64,000 nucleotides of DNA from a virus (lineage: Duplodnaviria > Caudoviricetes): positions 1 to 64,000 of IMG/VR virus record IMGVR_UViG_2825252539_000001. One strand, written 5' to 3'. Below the pieces are notes generated by a model. That model was not told where the DNA came from and searched no databases. It saw nothing but the letters and a program-made list of their open reading frames with translations. This document shows positions 17,002 through 27,976 of this stretch, piece after piece; position 1 is the stretch's first letter, and every line of letters begins with the position of its first letter. The position numbers and the translations under genes were made by a program.

Positions 17002-17703
17002 ATGATGCGACGTTACTTCATTGAGTCCGTTGGTGTAGCGATGCTCGCTACGGGCGCCTCGTACATCATTGCCTATCTTGCCGGCTGGATTACGGCCGTG
17101 AATTGGCTGGAAGTGTTCGCCGTCTGGACCTCCTATGCGTGCACGTGGCTGTGCGTTCGCCAGAGCCGCTGGAACTACCCGATCGGCGCCATCTCCACCG
17201 CGGCCTACGCCGTATTGTTCTGGCAGGCAGATCTTCTCGCCTCGGCTCTGCTGAACGCCTATCTGACGCCGGCACTCCTCTACGGGTGGTTCCGCTGGCG
17301 TCAAGACTCCGAGACCCGACCAGTGACCCGCGTCGCTTGGAAGTGGTGGCCGGCGTATATCGGGGTAACCGCCGCGGCTTATTACGGTGCGATCTGGCTG
17401 GTAACCACCCTGAAGGGTAGCTTCTCGATCACCGATGCGCTCATCCTGATCGGGTCCATGCTGGCTCAATTCTTGTTGGATAACAAGAAGATTGAGACCT
17501 GGGCCGTCTGGGCGATCGTCAACGTCGCAGCGATCTACACGTACTTCCACGCGAGTCTCCCGCTCGCGGGATTCCAGTACATCCTATTCCTGGCCAACAC
17601 CGGTGTTGGCTATGTCGTCTGGAGGCGTAGTGTCCAAAGCGTTCGTGCTCATGAAAGCTATGCCGCCGACCACGGGTCATCTGCAGCTCATCCAGTTCGC
17701 TAA
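17002..17703 (+). CDS. pnuC: Nicotinamide riboside transporter PnuC
   Basis: Multi-TM protein with WLE..AV.....CTWL..RQSRWNYPIG, YGWFRW, DA.....S.LAQFLL..KKIETW..W..VN motifs; SD AAGGAGG. Confidence 0.92.
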   Translation: MMRRYFIESVGVAMLATGASYIIAYLAGWITAVNWLEVFAVWTSYACTWLCVRQSRWNYPIGAISTAAYAVLFWQADLLASALLNAYLTPALLYGWFRWRQDSETRPVTRVAWKWWPAYIGVTAAAYYGAIWLVTTLKGSFSITDALILIGSMLAQFLLDNKKIETWAVWAIVNVAAIYTYFHASLPLAGFQYILFLANTGVGYVVWRRSVQSVRAHESYAADHGSSAAHPVR

Positions 17704-18691
17704 GCACCTCAGCCCCGCGGGCGTAACCGTTCTTATCGATACGATTCCCGCTGAGCCAATGGTTCCTGAACGTATCGCGGCCTTGAAGAAGGCGACTTAT
17801 CGCCTGGGTAACGTTCACATCCAACACGTTTCTCAGTGGCTTCCGGAAGACCCCGAGTCAGAGGGTTTCCGAGAGCTGTGGCGCGGGATTCTGATCGGTG
17901 CCGGCGCGCGGCCAGGCGACTACCTGGTGACGAGTGAGCCGTACGGCAAGTGGCTGGCCGAATTGACCGAGACTATCTGGATGCCCTACGACATCCCGCG
18001 GTTTATCAACGGAACACGGGCGACTGCCATTCGCGATGACTTCGTGAGCAATTGGCGGGCAATCCTTCCCGAGTTCCGCCCTCACTTGCAGACTCGCGTG
18101 ACGATCTTCGGCGCCGAGTCGACGGGGAAAACCGATCTCTCATGGATGCTCGCTGACGACCTCGACGCGACGTGGTTGCCCGAGTGGGCGCGGCCGTACC
18201 TGGAGAACGACGAGAACATCGTCAATGTCCGGACTATGACGAACATCTGGCACGGTCAAGCCGCGCTACAGCGTCAAGAGTTCCTGGACACCCCGATCAT
18301 CATCCAGGACACCGACCTTCTCAGCACCTGGGGCTACTGGAAGTACTGGGCTCACCATTACGACAGCTTCGAGCCTTTCGCTCGTCCGCGGTTGACCGAG
18401 TGGGTTCCTCAGGCGCTAGATGACGAAGCGCGCGAGCTTGCTTCCGACCTGTACATCGTCACGCCGAGCAACATCCCGTTCGAGCCCGACCCGCTGCGGT
18501 ATGGCGGCGACAAGCGCGAGATCGACGACCACTACTGGGGCAATTTCCTCGCCCGCGTGGGCGCCAGCGGACGGAGCATTAACTACCAGTTCCTGACGAG
18601 CGAGTCACGGTCGGACCGTCTAGTCGAGGCCAAGGGATTCATTCAGCGGGTGATCGACCAGAAGCAAGCCAAGATCGCCTACAAGCGTTAG
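17630..18691 (+). CDS. nadR: NadR-like NMN adenylyltransferase / nicotinamide riboside kinase
   Basis: N-terminal nucleotidyltransferase motif PPTTGH; P-loop GAESTGKT; EWARPY, DTD and PFEPDPLRYG motifs; adjacent to pnuC; GTG start with SD GGAGG. Confidence 0.88.
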   Translation: MSKAFVLMKAMPPTTGHLQLIQFAKHLSPAGVTVLIDTIPAEPMVPERIAALKKATYRLGNVHIQHVSQWLPEDPESEGFRELWRGILIGAGARPGDYLVTSEPYGKWLAELTETIWMPYDIPRFINGTRATAIRDDFVSNWRAILPEFRPHLQTRVTIFGAESTGKTDLSWMLADDLDATWLPEWARPYLENDENIVNVRTMTNIWHGQAALQRQEFLDTPIIIQDTDLLSTWGYWKYWAHHYDSFEPFARPRLTEWVPQALDDEARELASDLYIVTPSNIPFEPDPLRYGGDKREIDDHYWGNFLARVGASGRSINYQFLTSESRSDRLVEAKGFIQRVIDQKQAKIAYKR

Positions 18692-18699
18692 CCCCTAAA

Positions 18700-19000
18700 G
18701 GGACCGAACCATGGGAGCCACCGGTCTCCATGGTCGAGTGCTAGCGAAAGCCTATTGCGCATAGGGTAACCGGGTGCCCCGCAGCTTATGCAGCGCCATC
18801 GACGGGTGGAGAGGACGGGTGTAAGGCCCGCCGGGGACAGTTGTGCTGGACGACATCGCTTATAACACCCCGCAAGGTGAAGCGTGTCGCCGTGCCGGCC
18901 TTGAAATCGGCACTGCTTAGCAAGCGTTGCAATGTGGCGTCCTCGCCCTCGGGCCAGTCGTCGCATCTTTGGCGCGGGTCCGACGCCTGTATCGGCCACA
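18700..19000 (+). ncRNA. Structured intergenic RNA candidate
   Basis: Hairpins ACCATGGGA/TCTCCATGGT, CGGG-TGTAAGG-CCCG, CGACATCGCTT/AAGCGTGTCG, GTGCCG/CGGCAC, GCGGG-TCCGACG-CCTGT. Confidence 0.45.
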
Positions 19001-19025
19001 AACTTCCCGGTCTGAGAGGACTGTT

Positions 19026-19412
19026 ATGAGCGTCATGGACCCCGCCGCACTCCCGCTGGCTCGAAAGGTGTTGGACAAGATCACCACCGAGCCGAAAAGT
19101 TTCAACATGGACGTATGGTGTGAGTCTCCGATAGACGACAATCTCAACCCTTGTGGGACGACGGCGTGCCTTGCCGGTTGGACAATGATCCTCAGCGGTG
19201 AATACGAACTCGGCAAGGACGGCTTCCCGCTAGAGCTGGAAATGATGTCCAGCGCCGACATCGAGAAGGCCGGCGCCCGCCTCCTCGGACTTCCGCTTGA
19301 GGAAGTCGTTTCGGTCATTGAGGGGGGCCGGAGTCTCTTCTACTCCTCGGAAAAGGTTGCTATCCAGCGCCTTCAGAACCTCATCTCTGAAGCGGAGTTG
19401 GCCGCCGCATGA
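19026..19412 (+). CDS. Hypothetical protein of the CGTTACxAGW family
   Basis: CGTTACLAGW motif; paralog at about 26814-27214. Confidence 0.7.
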   Translation: MSVMDPAALPLARKVLDKITTEPKSFNMDVWCESPIDDNLNPCGTTACLAGWTMILSGEYELGKDGFPLELEMMSSADIEKAGARLLGLPLEEVVSVIEGGRSLFYSSEKVAIQRLQNLISEAELAAA

Positions 19413-19825
19413 GCAAGCCGGACCTGCGGTTCAAGATCGGCGACCGCGTCTATGTACAGCGCAATGAGTCGTACCCTGTCCTCCATGAGGATCGGGGTAG
19501 ACCAGAGAAGCTCACAGTAGTCGGCATCATCACGGTTGCCGAGTTTCCACGAGGCTGGAACGACAGGCCGACGCCCGGTTCAGAAACCGTGAAGTACGTT
19601 ACCTCATACAGCTTCTCAGATTGGCTGCCGGAGAGCTGCCTCTATTCCTCGGTCGAGGAGTTTGAGGAGCGTCGTGCAGATGAAATCGCAGCACTCAAGG
19701 CGAAGCGAGCAGCGGAGGTTCACGAGAAGCGCGTGAAAGCCTACCGCGAGGCTAAACGACTCGTCGCCGATTTCGAGGCTGAGTTGTTCGAAGCGCATGC
19801 AGCGCAGAAGGATTCCGCGACTTAG
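19409..19825 (+). CDS. Hypothetical protein
   Basis: 138-aa coupled ORF. Confidence 0.65.
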   Translation: MSKPDLRFKIGDRVYVQRNESYPVLHEDRGRPEKLTVVGIITVAEFPRGWNDRPTPGSETVKYVTSYSFSDWLPESCLYSSVEEFEERRADEIAALKAKRAAEVHEKRVKAYREAKRLVADFEAELFEAHAAQKDSAT

Positions 19826-20298
19826 TGGCACAGTCCGTGATTCACGCCCAAGCGTCGGCACGACACTTTGGCGGTGAACCCGATGATTACATCGCCATCC
19901 ACGAGTTCATCGACTCCATGAAGTCCTGCGTGGGTGATGTCTCTCATCGGCAGTATTTTCACAACTCGAAAGGCCCCTGGGTTTGTCAGGAGGTCTTCGG
20001 CCGCACCATCACCAACTCCGACGGGAAGAAGATCCCGGTGCGCGAGATCGCCGAGAACCACATCGTGGAAGACCTCGGATGGATTCCCTCGCCGGCCGAT
20101 TGGTCTGCCTGTCTCCAGTGCAAGGTCTGGATGGGCGGCAAACGCAACAAATTCCTTGGCCGAGAGGAGCTTCTCGACGCCACTATCACGCATCCGAACA
20201 GGAGCCGTAATGAGCACGAAGACAGTCTGCGGACGACCAGTGACGGGGACGGTCGACTACCCGTACCGTCGGAAGAAGGTCGAGCAGGGGTCAATTGA
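19825..20298 (+). CDS. DUF6915-like His-rich protein
   Basis: HAQASARHFGG.PDDYI.IH.FID..K....D..HR...H...G...EIAE.HI.EDLG.IP...DW pattern. Confidence 0.7.
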   Translation: MAQSVIHAQASARHFGGEPDDYIAIHEFIDSMKSCVGDVSHRQYFHNSKGPWVCQEVFGRTITNSDGKKIPVREIAENHIVEDLGWIPSPADWSACLQCKVWMGGKRNKFLGREELLDATITHPNRSRNEHEDSLRTTSDGDGRLPVPSEEGRAGVN

Positions 20299-20689
20299 GG
20301 AGTTTGTCGCAGTCCTGGATAGGCTATTCGAACACCCCCAGGTCGAGGCCGTTCGGTGGTCCCAGTTCACGCCCAGCTTCAACGATGGCGATCCCTGCGT
20401 ATTCTCCCTCGGCGAGTTCTACGTCAAGCTGACCGACGGTGACGAAGAGGGCGGCGAGAACGAAGACGGGTTCTACGGCGAGTACGACATCAACGAACAC
20501 TTCTCTACCGAGGATGCATCGTACGACAGCGACAACAACCATCCGATTGCGGAGATCCTCGATAAAGAGCTTGGCTGGCAGACGGCCGAGCGATTCGATG
20601 ATGTCCTCGAATCGGCATTCGGAGACCCCGCCGAGATCACTGCGACACGCGAGGGCTTCCACGTCGAGTTCTACGAGGGTGGGTACTGA
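20210..20689 (+). CDS. Acidic hypothetical protein, paralog 1
   Basis: VRWSQFTPSFNDGDPCVFS...FGDPAEITATREGFHVEFY. Confidence 0.75.
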   Translation: MSTKTVCGRPVTGTVDYPYRRKKVEQGSIEEFVAVLDRLFEHPQVEAVRWSQFTPSFNDGDPCVFSLGEFYVKLTDGDEEGGENEDGFYGEYDINEHFSTEDASYDSDNNHPIAEILDKELGWQTAERFDDVLESAFGDPAEITATREGFHVEFYEGGY

Positions 20690-21267
20690 TGCCTGACCGT
20701 ACCCTCGCCGGTCGCCCCGTCCGCGGCGAACACCCCAAGTACTCCAACCATGAAGTACCCGAGCAGCGGCCGATCTCAGAATTCCTGGCCAAGCTCGACA
20801 GCCTCTTCGCTTTCCCCGAGGTGGAAGCGGTGCGCTGGCATCAGTACACCCCGTACTTCAACGACGGTGAGGAATGCGTCTTCAGTATCCGAGAAGCGTA
20901 CGTCAAGTTCTTCGGCGTTGATGAAGGCGGCGACTACGAAGACGGCTACACCGACGGCAAGGAATACCCGCCGGACTACTGGGACACGCACTATCACACC
21001 TATCACTACGGCAGGGTGTGGGACCGAGATCTCCGACAGACGGTTGACAAACCGCCGCCAGAAGGCAAGCTGCCGCACGAGTACAAGGCACGCGATTTCT
21101 ACGTCAACGGTGTTCTCCGACCGGAGATCGGCGAAGCATTCAAGGCGGTGAAAACTGCCGTATCCAGTGGGGTTCACGAAGTGGAGTTCCTGGACGTCTT
21201 CGGCGATCCCGCTCAAGTGACGGCCACCCGCGACGGGTTCGACGTCGAGTTCTACGAACACGAATAA
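20689..21267 (+). CDS. Acidic hypothetical protein, paralog 2
   Basis: VRWHQYTPYFNDGEECVFS...FGDPAQVTATRDGFDVEFY. Confidence 0.75.
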   Translation: MPDRTLAGRPVRGEHPKYSNHEVPEQRPISEFLAKLDSLFAFPEVEAVRWHQYTPYFNDGEECVFSIREAYVKFFGVDEGGDYEDGYTDGKEYPPDYWDTHYHTYHYGRVWDRDLRQTVDKPPPEGKLPHEYKARDFYVNGVLRPEIGEAFKAVKTAVSSGVHEVEFLDVFGDPAQVTATRDGFDVEFYEHE

Positions 21268-21315
21268 CAACGCATGGCGCCCGACGAAAGGCACTGAAGA
21301 AGCATCACCAGTCGC

Positions 21316-22221
21316 GTGACAATGGCCGGGACTATCCCGGTCATGCAGTACGGGAATCTGCAGCCCAGCTTCGAAGTCGAGGCTGAAACGCACGAAGTGG
21401 CAATGGAACTCGCGCTGCAGCTCTTCAAAGATCTGTGGGACCGTACAGCAGAGGCACCCCTCGATATCAATCGGAACGCACCTCAGGTGCCGTCCGGAGA
21501 ATTGCTGCGTTGCTTGATCTCCGGAACGCCCGTGTACTTCGACCCGATCATCCATGTCTATCGGGGTGCTGACGGACAGCGCTGGCAGGGCGGTTCCACG
21601 TTCGCCAACAAGTTCAAGAGCCAATTCGCCGGCAACGTCATCTCCGGAAAGATGGCCGACAAGTACGGTGTTGACGCTTCGGACATCCTCGCGATGTGGA
21701 AGCTCAACGCCGAGGCGTCGTCGACACTGGGGACCGCGGTGCACGCGGCCCTGCAGCTGTACGGGGAGTACCTGGAGCTATCTAAGGCGACGAAGGATGG
21801 CAGCGACGAGGCCGCGTTAACGTCCAATCCCGTTCTGCGGCCGATTGTTCTGGCGTTCTTCAAGGGGCCTCGGGCAACCGAGAAAGCGTTCTACGAAGCG
21901 TTCGTCGCCGATCCGGTGACCCGCTCTTGTGGTTTGATCGACCGGCTGGTTGCCGAAGATGACGGACTCTGGGTTGAGGACTACAAGACCAACGCCGATA
22001 TCGAGAAAGAGCAGACCATCCTCCCGCCGTTCAAGGGCGTGGTGCCCAACACCTCGCTCGGCGGCTACTGGCTGCAGCTCAGCTTCTACGCGCACATCCT
22101 CATGTCGCACGGCCGGATAGTGAAGGGTCTGCGCATCCACCACTGGACCGGCACCGAGTGGATCACCTATGAGCACCCAGTCGTCGACCTCACGGTTACG
22201 GAACCCTTTGGAGCGAAATGA
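21316..22221 (+). CDS. PD-(D/E)XK (Cas4/RecB-like) exonuclease
   Basis: GTAVH, GLIDRL, VEDYKT and YWLQLSFY motifs. Confidence 0.85.
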   Translation: MTMAGTIPVMQYGNLQPSFEVEAETHEVAMELALQLFKDLWDRTAEAPLDINRNAPQVPSGELLRCLISGTPVYFDPIIHVYRGADGQRWQGGSTFANKFKSQFAGNVISGKMADKYGVDASDILAMWKLNAEASSTLGTAVHAALQLYGEYLELSKATKDGSDEAALTSNPVLRPIVLAFFKGPRATEKAFYEAFVADPVTRSCGLIDRLVAEDDGLWVEDYKTNADIEKEQTILPPFKGVVPNTSLGGYWLQLSFYAHILMSHGRIVKGLRIHHWTGTEWITYEHPVVDLTVTEPFGAK

Positions 22222-23211
22222 GCGAGCTGAAGCCATTCTCGACTGTTATCGAGATGATTCGCGAACTCGCGGAGGAGAATCCGCATGAAGTAGCGGACTG
22301 CCAGTACTTCAACGACGACAGCACGCCCTGCTGCATCTTCGGTCACGTCTTCGCCAAGCTGGGCGCAACGCCCAATGGTCGGGTCATCCAGTCCGCGACT
22401 AGGCGACGAGTCGTTGCCGAGGGTGAAGGCGTCTACGAGATCTACTGGCCGGCCTTAGGGATTGAACAGCCGTCCAGCTTCGAGAACCAATGGGCAGCAG
22501 ACATTCAGGATTACCAGGACACCGGGTCTCGCTGGCCCGATGCAATACAGAAGGCAGACGCAGCATGACCTCAGCGCTGTACGACCTTGACCAACTCGAT
22601 CTCAGCGAGATGGAGTTTGACATTCAGTGCGAGTTCCCTCGCTGCACCGCCTCGGCGGTCGTGATGTCAAAGGGTTGCGCTGACGACCACCATGCTGCGA
22701 TCTGTGCCGGCCACCTCCGAGAGATGCAGGCACGCTTCGAGGCCATCGGAGCCGAGAAGCCGACGGTATGCACCCACTGCCACCGGCCCTGGCTCTTCTT
22801 TGAAACCCACTACGATTTGGTGAACATTTGACAGGTTCTTTGTCCTCCCCTCGGGAGTGGACACCAGCCTCGGTCGAGGCCGCTATCCAGCGTTGTGTCC
22901 AACGCATCGAAGCCGGTGTGCTGAAATGCGATGAGGCGTATAAAAATTTCCTCAAGCTCGACCAGGCATTTGACATGGCCGAAGCCAAGGCCTACTTGAG
23001 AGCCCGCGAGACGGGCGTACCCGCGCACGCGTGCGAGTACGAAGCCACTCTCGCCACTGAGATCGAGCGAGCAGACCGCGACGTCGCCGAGGCGTTGAAC
23101 AAGCTCTGCGACCGCCAAATGAAGGCGCTGCATGCAGAGCTGGATGCTCTGCGCTCCATCGGAACCTCTGTCCGACAGGCCTATTCCGGTTCCGGACGAG
23201 GCGATTTCTGA
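22218..23211 (+). CDS. Three coupled ORFs (22218-22568, 22565-22831, 22828-23211)
   Basis: Start/stop overlaps; Cys-rich and coiled-coil products. Confidence 0.65.
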
Positions 23212-23534
23212 CCGGCTTCGCGCTGGCTGTACGCAAGATCATTCACGAACGTTCCGGAGGTCGGTGCGAACGCTGCACTGCCTGGAATGGTGTCGAGATC
23301 CACCACCGCCGGCCCCGAGCTATGGGCGGCAGCCGCGACCCCGCGACGAACACGCCGGCCAACGGTGTCTTACTTTGCACCCATTGTCACCGATGGGTCG
23401 AATCACACAGGGACCAGGCATTCTCCGACGGATGGTTGGTCCGCCAAGGACATGACCCCGCCGCCGTGTCGGTTCTCTACCACGGCGCCCGCGGCGCCCT
23501 CCTAACCCCGGAAGGGCTGATCGTCTTTGAGTAA
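23208..23534 (+). CDS. HNH endonuclease (probable CTG start)
   Basis: Open frame from CTG 23208: TGF...RSGGRCERC...EIHHRRPR.MGG...TNTPANGVLLCTHCHRWVE. Confidence 0.8.
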   Translation: MTGFALAVRKIIHERSGGRCERCTAWNGVEIHHRRPRAMGGSRDPATNTPANGVLLCTHCHRWVESHRDQAFSDGWLVRQGHDPAAVSVLYHGARGALLTPEGLIVFE

Positions 23535-25930
23535 GCCCCCATGCCAATGCACCGGATGCGCAGTCGGCCATGTCGAGGACGCGTGTCCCGATGATGCATC
23601 TTGGTACGTCGAACTCCACCCCGTGGATATCTGCGACGACCACTACGCCTCCCGCGGAGACCTGTGCATCGACTGCTTTGACGCGATCGTAGCCAAGTGC
23701 AACACCGTGATCGCAATGGGTGCTGTCAATCTACGGCCACCCTGCTGCGTTGAATGCCGCACCCCCATCGAGAAGCTCAGCGACATTATCAAGGATGTGG
23801 TGAAGCTATGAGCCGCGACTTCGACGATGTCGCCAAGGTGTACGTGACTCGAAAGATCGGCCGGCGGATCGGGAATCGCGAGATCCGCAGTGTCGACTTC
23901 GAGTTCAGCTCGTATATGGATGGATGCTGCGAAGAATGTCAATACCCGACGTCGGAGATCCGGGTGTCGGTGTGGTTCACCGACGGGTCTCATGAGTCAT
24001 TCGAGACCGGCAGCTGGCTCGAAGAATTCTTGAAAGAACTAGTTGCCGCAGCCGAATAGGAACTCATCATGGCCGTCTTAATCGTCATTGCCGCAGTTGT
24101 AATCATGGCAGCCCTCTGGTTTTTCATCCGCGAAACACTGGACGGCGATCCGATCTTCGGTCTTGGAATTGCCGCCTTCACCCTCGTGGGCGGGAGTGTT
24201 CTAGGGTCTCTGGTCGCCTTGATCGCGACGTTGAGCCTCAGTCCGATCGTTGGTTACCACTACACGTATCAATCACAACCGCTGGTCACACTTACGGACG
24301 AGCGAAATTCGCTCGGTGGACAGTTTTTCCTTGGCACGGGATACATTAGTGAAGGTGCCGTCTATACGTTCTACACCGACGACGGTGGCTATCGCTCGAT
24401 GCACCAGACGGGCGTGGGTGGCGTGAGAGTCTATGAAGACAGCCCTAAACCGTATGTGGTCTGGGAGACCGGTTGCGAGTCGGACCATCCGGGCATCGTC
24501 TTCTGTGTTGGTAGCAGTAGTCGCAAGCTGGTCGAAATCCACGTTCCGCCGGCATCGATCAAAACCGGCATCAGTATGGGCGCACGGTGACTCAGCGGGA
24601 GCGTGTGGCTGAAGCATTGATTCGTGTCGACGGCCGAGGTGGATTGCGACGCATCTCACCGGCCGACCGTTTGCACTACCTGAAGATGGCCGACGCGGCA
24701 ATTGACGTCATGACGGTTGAGGATGTCGAGCCCTACCTTGGAAAGGCGCGTATCGATGCTTAAGGAATGGCTGCGCCGCGCCAAGGGGCGATGCCTCTCG
24801 TGTGGCTGCGGATTGGTGTGGGTCGGATGATCGCGACGATCATCACCAATAGTCTCGGGTTCGCAGCGAAGGCGGCGGATTGGGCGCTGAGTCGCATCGG
24901 GTCCGACATGGATCGGTTCCTCACGATGGGCGGTTCAGAGTGGTACGCCACAGGGCCGACCGAATGGATGGGCGATGTCCCTCCGCCGTCCGACGCTCGA
25001 CTGATCGGAATTATCGCTCAGGCCGCCCATGGGCACGGCCTGCATCGACTCCTCGACGGTAGTGAGCTGCTCGACCTGGCGGACGACATCCTCATCGGAT
25101 TGCGCAGCAACGGAATCGAGTTGCGATGAAACGCGTAGCCGGCGCCTTCGGCGTTGCAATCTGTCTTGTCCTGGCCCTGGCCTCCTTGGTCCAGCTGATC
25201 GCCGCTTGCGTGCCGGCAACACCTGCCCGCGGCGAGCTGGAATCGGTGCGTGTACAGCGCATCGATGGGGGAGCGTCCTACCCATTTCTCGGCGGATGCC
25301 TGATCTTCACTCACGACTCCATGCAGGGAGCATCGATAGCGGTGGCATGCAAATGACGCCCGAAGAACTCTACGAGATGTATCGCGAGTGCGGCGAGAAG
25401 TATTGGAACGAGCTAGATGTCAAAGAGCAGGATCGTTGGAATCGTGTTGCTCGCGCTGTCGATTCGTGGGGTGATGCGCAGTATCTCGAAGGTTGGAACG
25501 CGGGCGAATTCGGCGACTGACGCCCAGCGAGCGCGGCAACTGTTCGACAGCCGCTGGACGACTCAGCCCGACGGTAGCCGAGTGGGACCAGCCATCCATG
25601 AGGACGCGCTTCGGTTGTTGAGCGCCGACCCGGCGGAGTACTTCCGCCTGAACCGCATCTGGAGGGCGTTAAAACATGCCGAGCTATAGCGCAAGCTACA
25701 ACGCTGCTGATCTTCGCGTCCATATGGGTAGCGATGGCAATGTGCAATTCGCGATGTGGGTGGACGGCAAGGCTATCTCGACCTGGCAAATGACCCCCGA
25801 TAAAGCGATCGACTTTGCGAACAATCTGCTGGACACGGCACGAGGAGCCGCTCATGGTCACGAGAAGACAGATGCTCCGGACTGCGGATCGCGGTTATGC
25901 CGGTGTAGTGGTACACAACCCGAAGCATGA
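23527..25930 (+). CDS. Run of small hypothetical and membrane ORFs (including 24069-24590 membrane protein)
   Basis: Tightly coupled co-oriented ORFs. Confidence 0.55.
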
Positions 25931-26333
25931 GGTGAACGTCGGAACGCTATGGCGTTCAGCGTTTCTCTATGATGCGAAATTCATCGGGACCGTCGGCCGG
26001 CGGTACGAGCATCAAGCGTCGGATACCTCAAAGACGCCCAACCGCGTTCCGATGTTCGAATACTCCGACATCGACGACCTGAAAAGGCACTTGCCGTACG
26101 GGTGCCCGTTAATCGGTGTTGAGTTGCACGACCGCGCGATCCCACTGAACCGGTTCCATCATCCGCAGAACGCCGTCTATCTGCTCGGTTCCGAGGACCA
26201 CGGTCTGCCACCCAAAGTACTTGAAGCCTGCCACCAGATCGTTCAGGTGCCAACGTCGCGCGAGTGGTCAATGAACATGGCCGTCGCCGGATCGATCGTC
26301 CTGAGCCACCGCTACATGCAGAGGATGCCATGA
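25854..26333 (+). CDS. SPOUT (SpoU/TrmH/TrmL-like) RNA methyltransferase
   Basis: NVGTLWRSA, YLLGSEDHGLP and SMNMAVAGSIVL motifs. Confidence 0.9.
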   Translation: MVTRRQMLRTADRGYAGVVVHNPKHEVNVGTLWRSAFLYDAKFIGTVGRRYEHQASDTSKTPNRVPMFEYSDIDDLKRHLPYGCPLIGVELHDRAIPLNRFHHPQNAVYLLGSEDHGLPPKVLEACHQIVQVPTSREWSMNMAVAGSIVLSHRYMQRMP

Positions 26334-27976
26334 CCGATCTTTCAACACTGCCAGAGCGTATGCGTTTCGCAGCTGCCGTGCTTGATGAAGCTCGTGCGGA
26401 ATTCCGGCGCCGTGGAGATTCGCAAGCGAATCCCGACTGGGATGGTCTCGCATGGAATAAGGCAGACCTCTGCACCCTGGCCTCCCGATGGGAGGACGCG
26501 GACCAGGCGCTTGTCGAGGAATTAGCGATGGACCTTCAAGCGGCACTTGTGGTCAGCGTTGGTGCGTACCCATGGGCCAAGATCGAAGCCAGCCCTGACC
26601 ACCATTGGGTCATGGATGCGCGTCGCAAAGAGGCTCAAGCCCTAGTCGACGCCGGCTGGACCAAACCGTGACTGGCCGTGTCTGCCCCGCCTGCGAACGC
26701 ATCGCGTATTCGTTCGTCGGGGAGATCTGCGAAGACTGCGAAGCGGCCTGGGACTACGACGATTACCGCTCTGACGAGTACGACGAGTACTGACCATATG
26801 AAAAGGCTTGACATGACACGCAATATCTTCGCTCTCCGCGCGGTTCGCGATCTCATCAAGAAGTCGCCGGAGAAGCACGCCCAGGACTCTTGGGCAGCCA
26901 TTGAGGCCGATCAGATCGTCTTCCCCGAGGGGGGCGTCGCGAAGGTTTCATGCGGCACCACTGCCTGCGTCGCGGGCTGGGCCGCCACGCTGGCCGGCGC
27001 GAAGTTTCTCATCGAAGAGGACGATCTCGAAGATGGTGTGTACTACGCCGAGAAGGTCGAAGGTCTCGATGGCCAGACCTACTGGGTCGACAGCTATGCG
27101 CGGAACGTCCTGGGCCTGAAGCCTTCCGAGGCTGGCTTGCTGTTCAATGGTGACCTTGAGCGTAAGGAAGTTCTCAAGTTGCTGAAACGGCTCATCGAGG
27201 GCAAGGACATCTGACCGGGGTGGCGCAACTGCCCTTTGCCTGCCCTAGGTGTACGGCTCGCTGGGGTGGCTTGCTCACCGCACACTGTTCAGCGTGCCAC
27301 GAGACATTCACTGGCATTACCGCATTCGATGCCCATCGCACCGGCTCTCACACCGAGAGCGGCGAAAAGATCATTGACAAAGACAAGACCGAACCGCGCG
27401 GCCCGAGGCGATGCCTTCCACCGGCCGAGGTCGGCTTAGTCGATGCCGAGCGGGCCTATCCCTGCTGGGGATACCCCAAGGGTGTCTCCTGGTGGGCGGA
27501 ATCAGAAGAGGCTGGGGAGCTTTCAACATGAACATCAAGTACCGCGGTCGAGAGATCCAGAACCCGATCCTGCGCAAGGTTGCCTTCACCCTGATGACGA
27601 TCTGGATTGTCGTGTTCGTGACTCTGATGATCATCAGCTCACCGCTATGGCTCCTGATTCATTTCCTCCTCCGCATAGCCGGCCTGAGGGGCTTCATCCA
27701 AACAGGGGACGGCGAGGTCTCTCTGATCTTCACCGCCGACTCGTTCAAGCGATGACGATTTACTGGGCCTTAGCGGCAGGAGCCTTCATTGCCATGTGGT
27801 TGCCGATGGTGGTTACGGTCTGTGGTGATGCCGCTGATGGGGGAGGTGTCCTCGCGCTGGCCTTTATTCCGTTGTTTACCATGGGCATTGCCATCTTCGC
27901 GGCAGTCTGGCCACTCACGATCGCGGTGCTCATCATTTACGCGTGCTTTGCGATCGATTGGGATTTCAGCAGATGA
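26330..27976 (+). CDS. Small ORFs including a second CGTTACVAGW protein (about 26814-27214), an FDxHR Zn-binding protein (27220-27531) and membrane peptides
   Basis: AHCSACHETF....FDAHR motif; coupled ORFs. Confidence 0.6.

Noticed and set aside
21316-22221. Cas4 as part of a CRISPR system
   Set aside because: Stand-alone PD-(D/E)XK nucleases are common phage recombination genes; no other cas genes are present.
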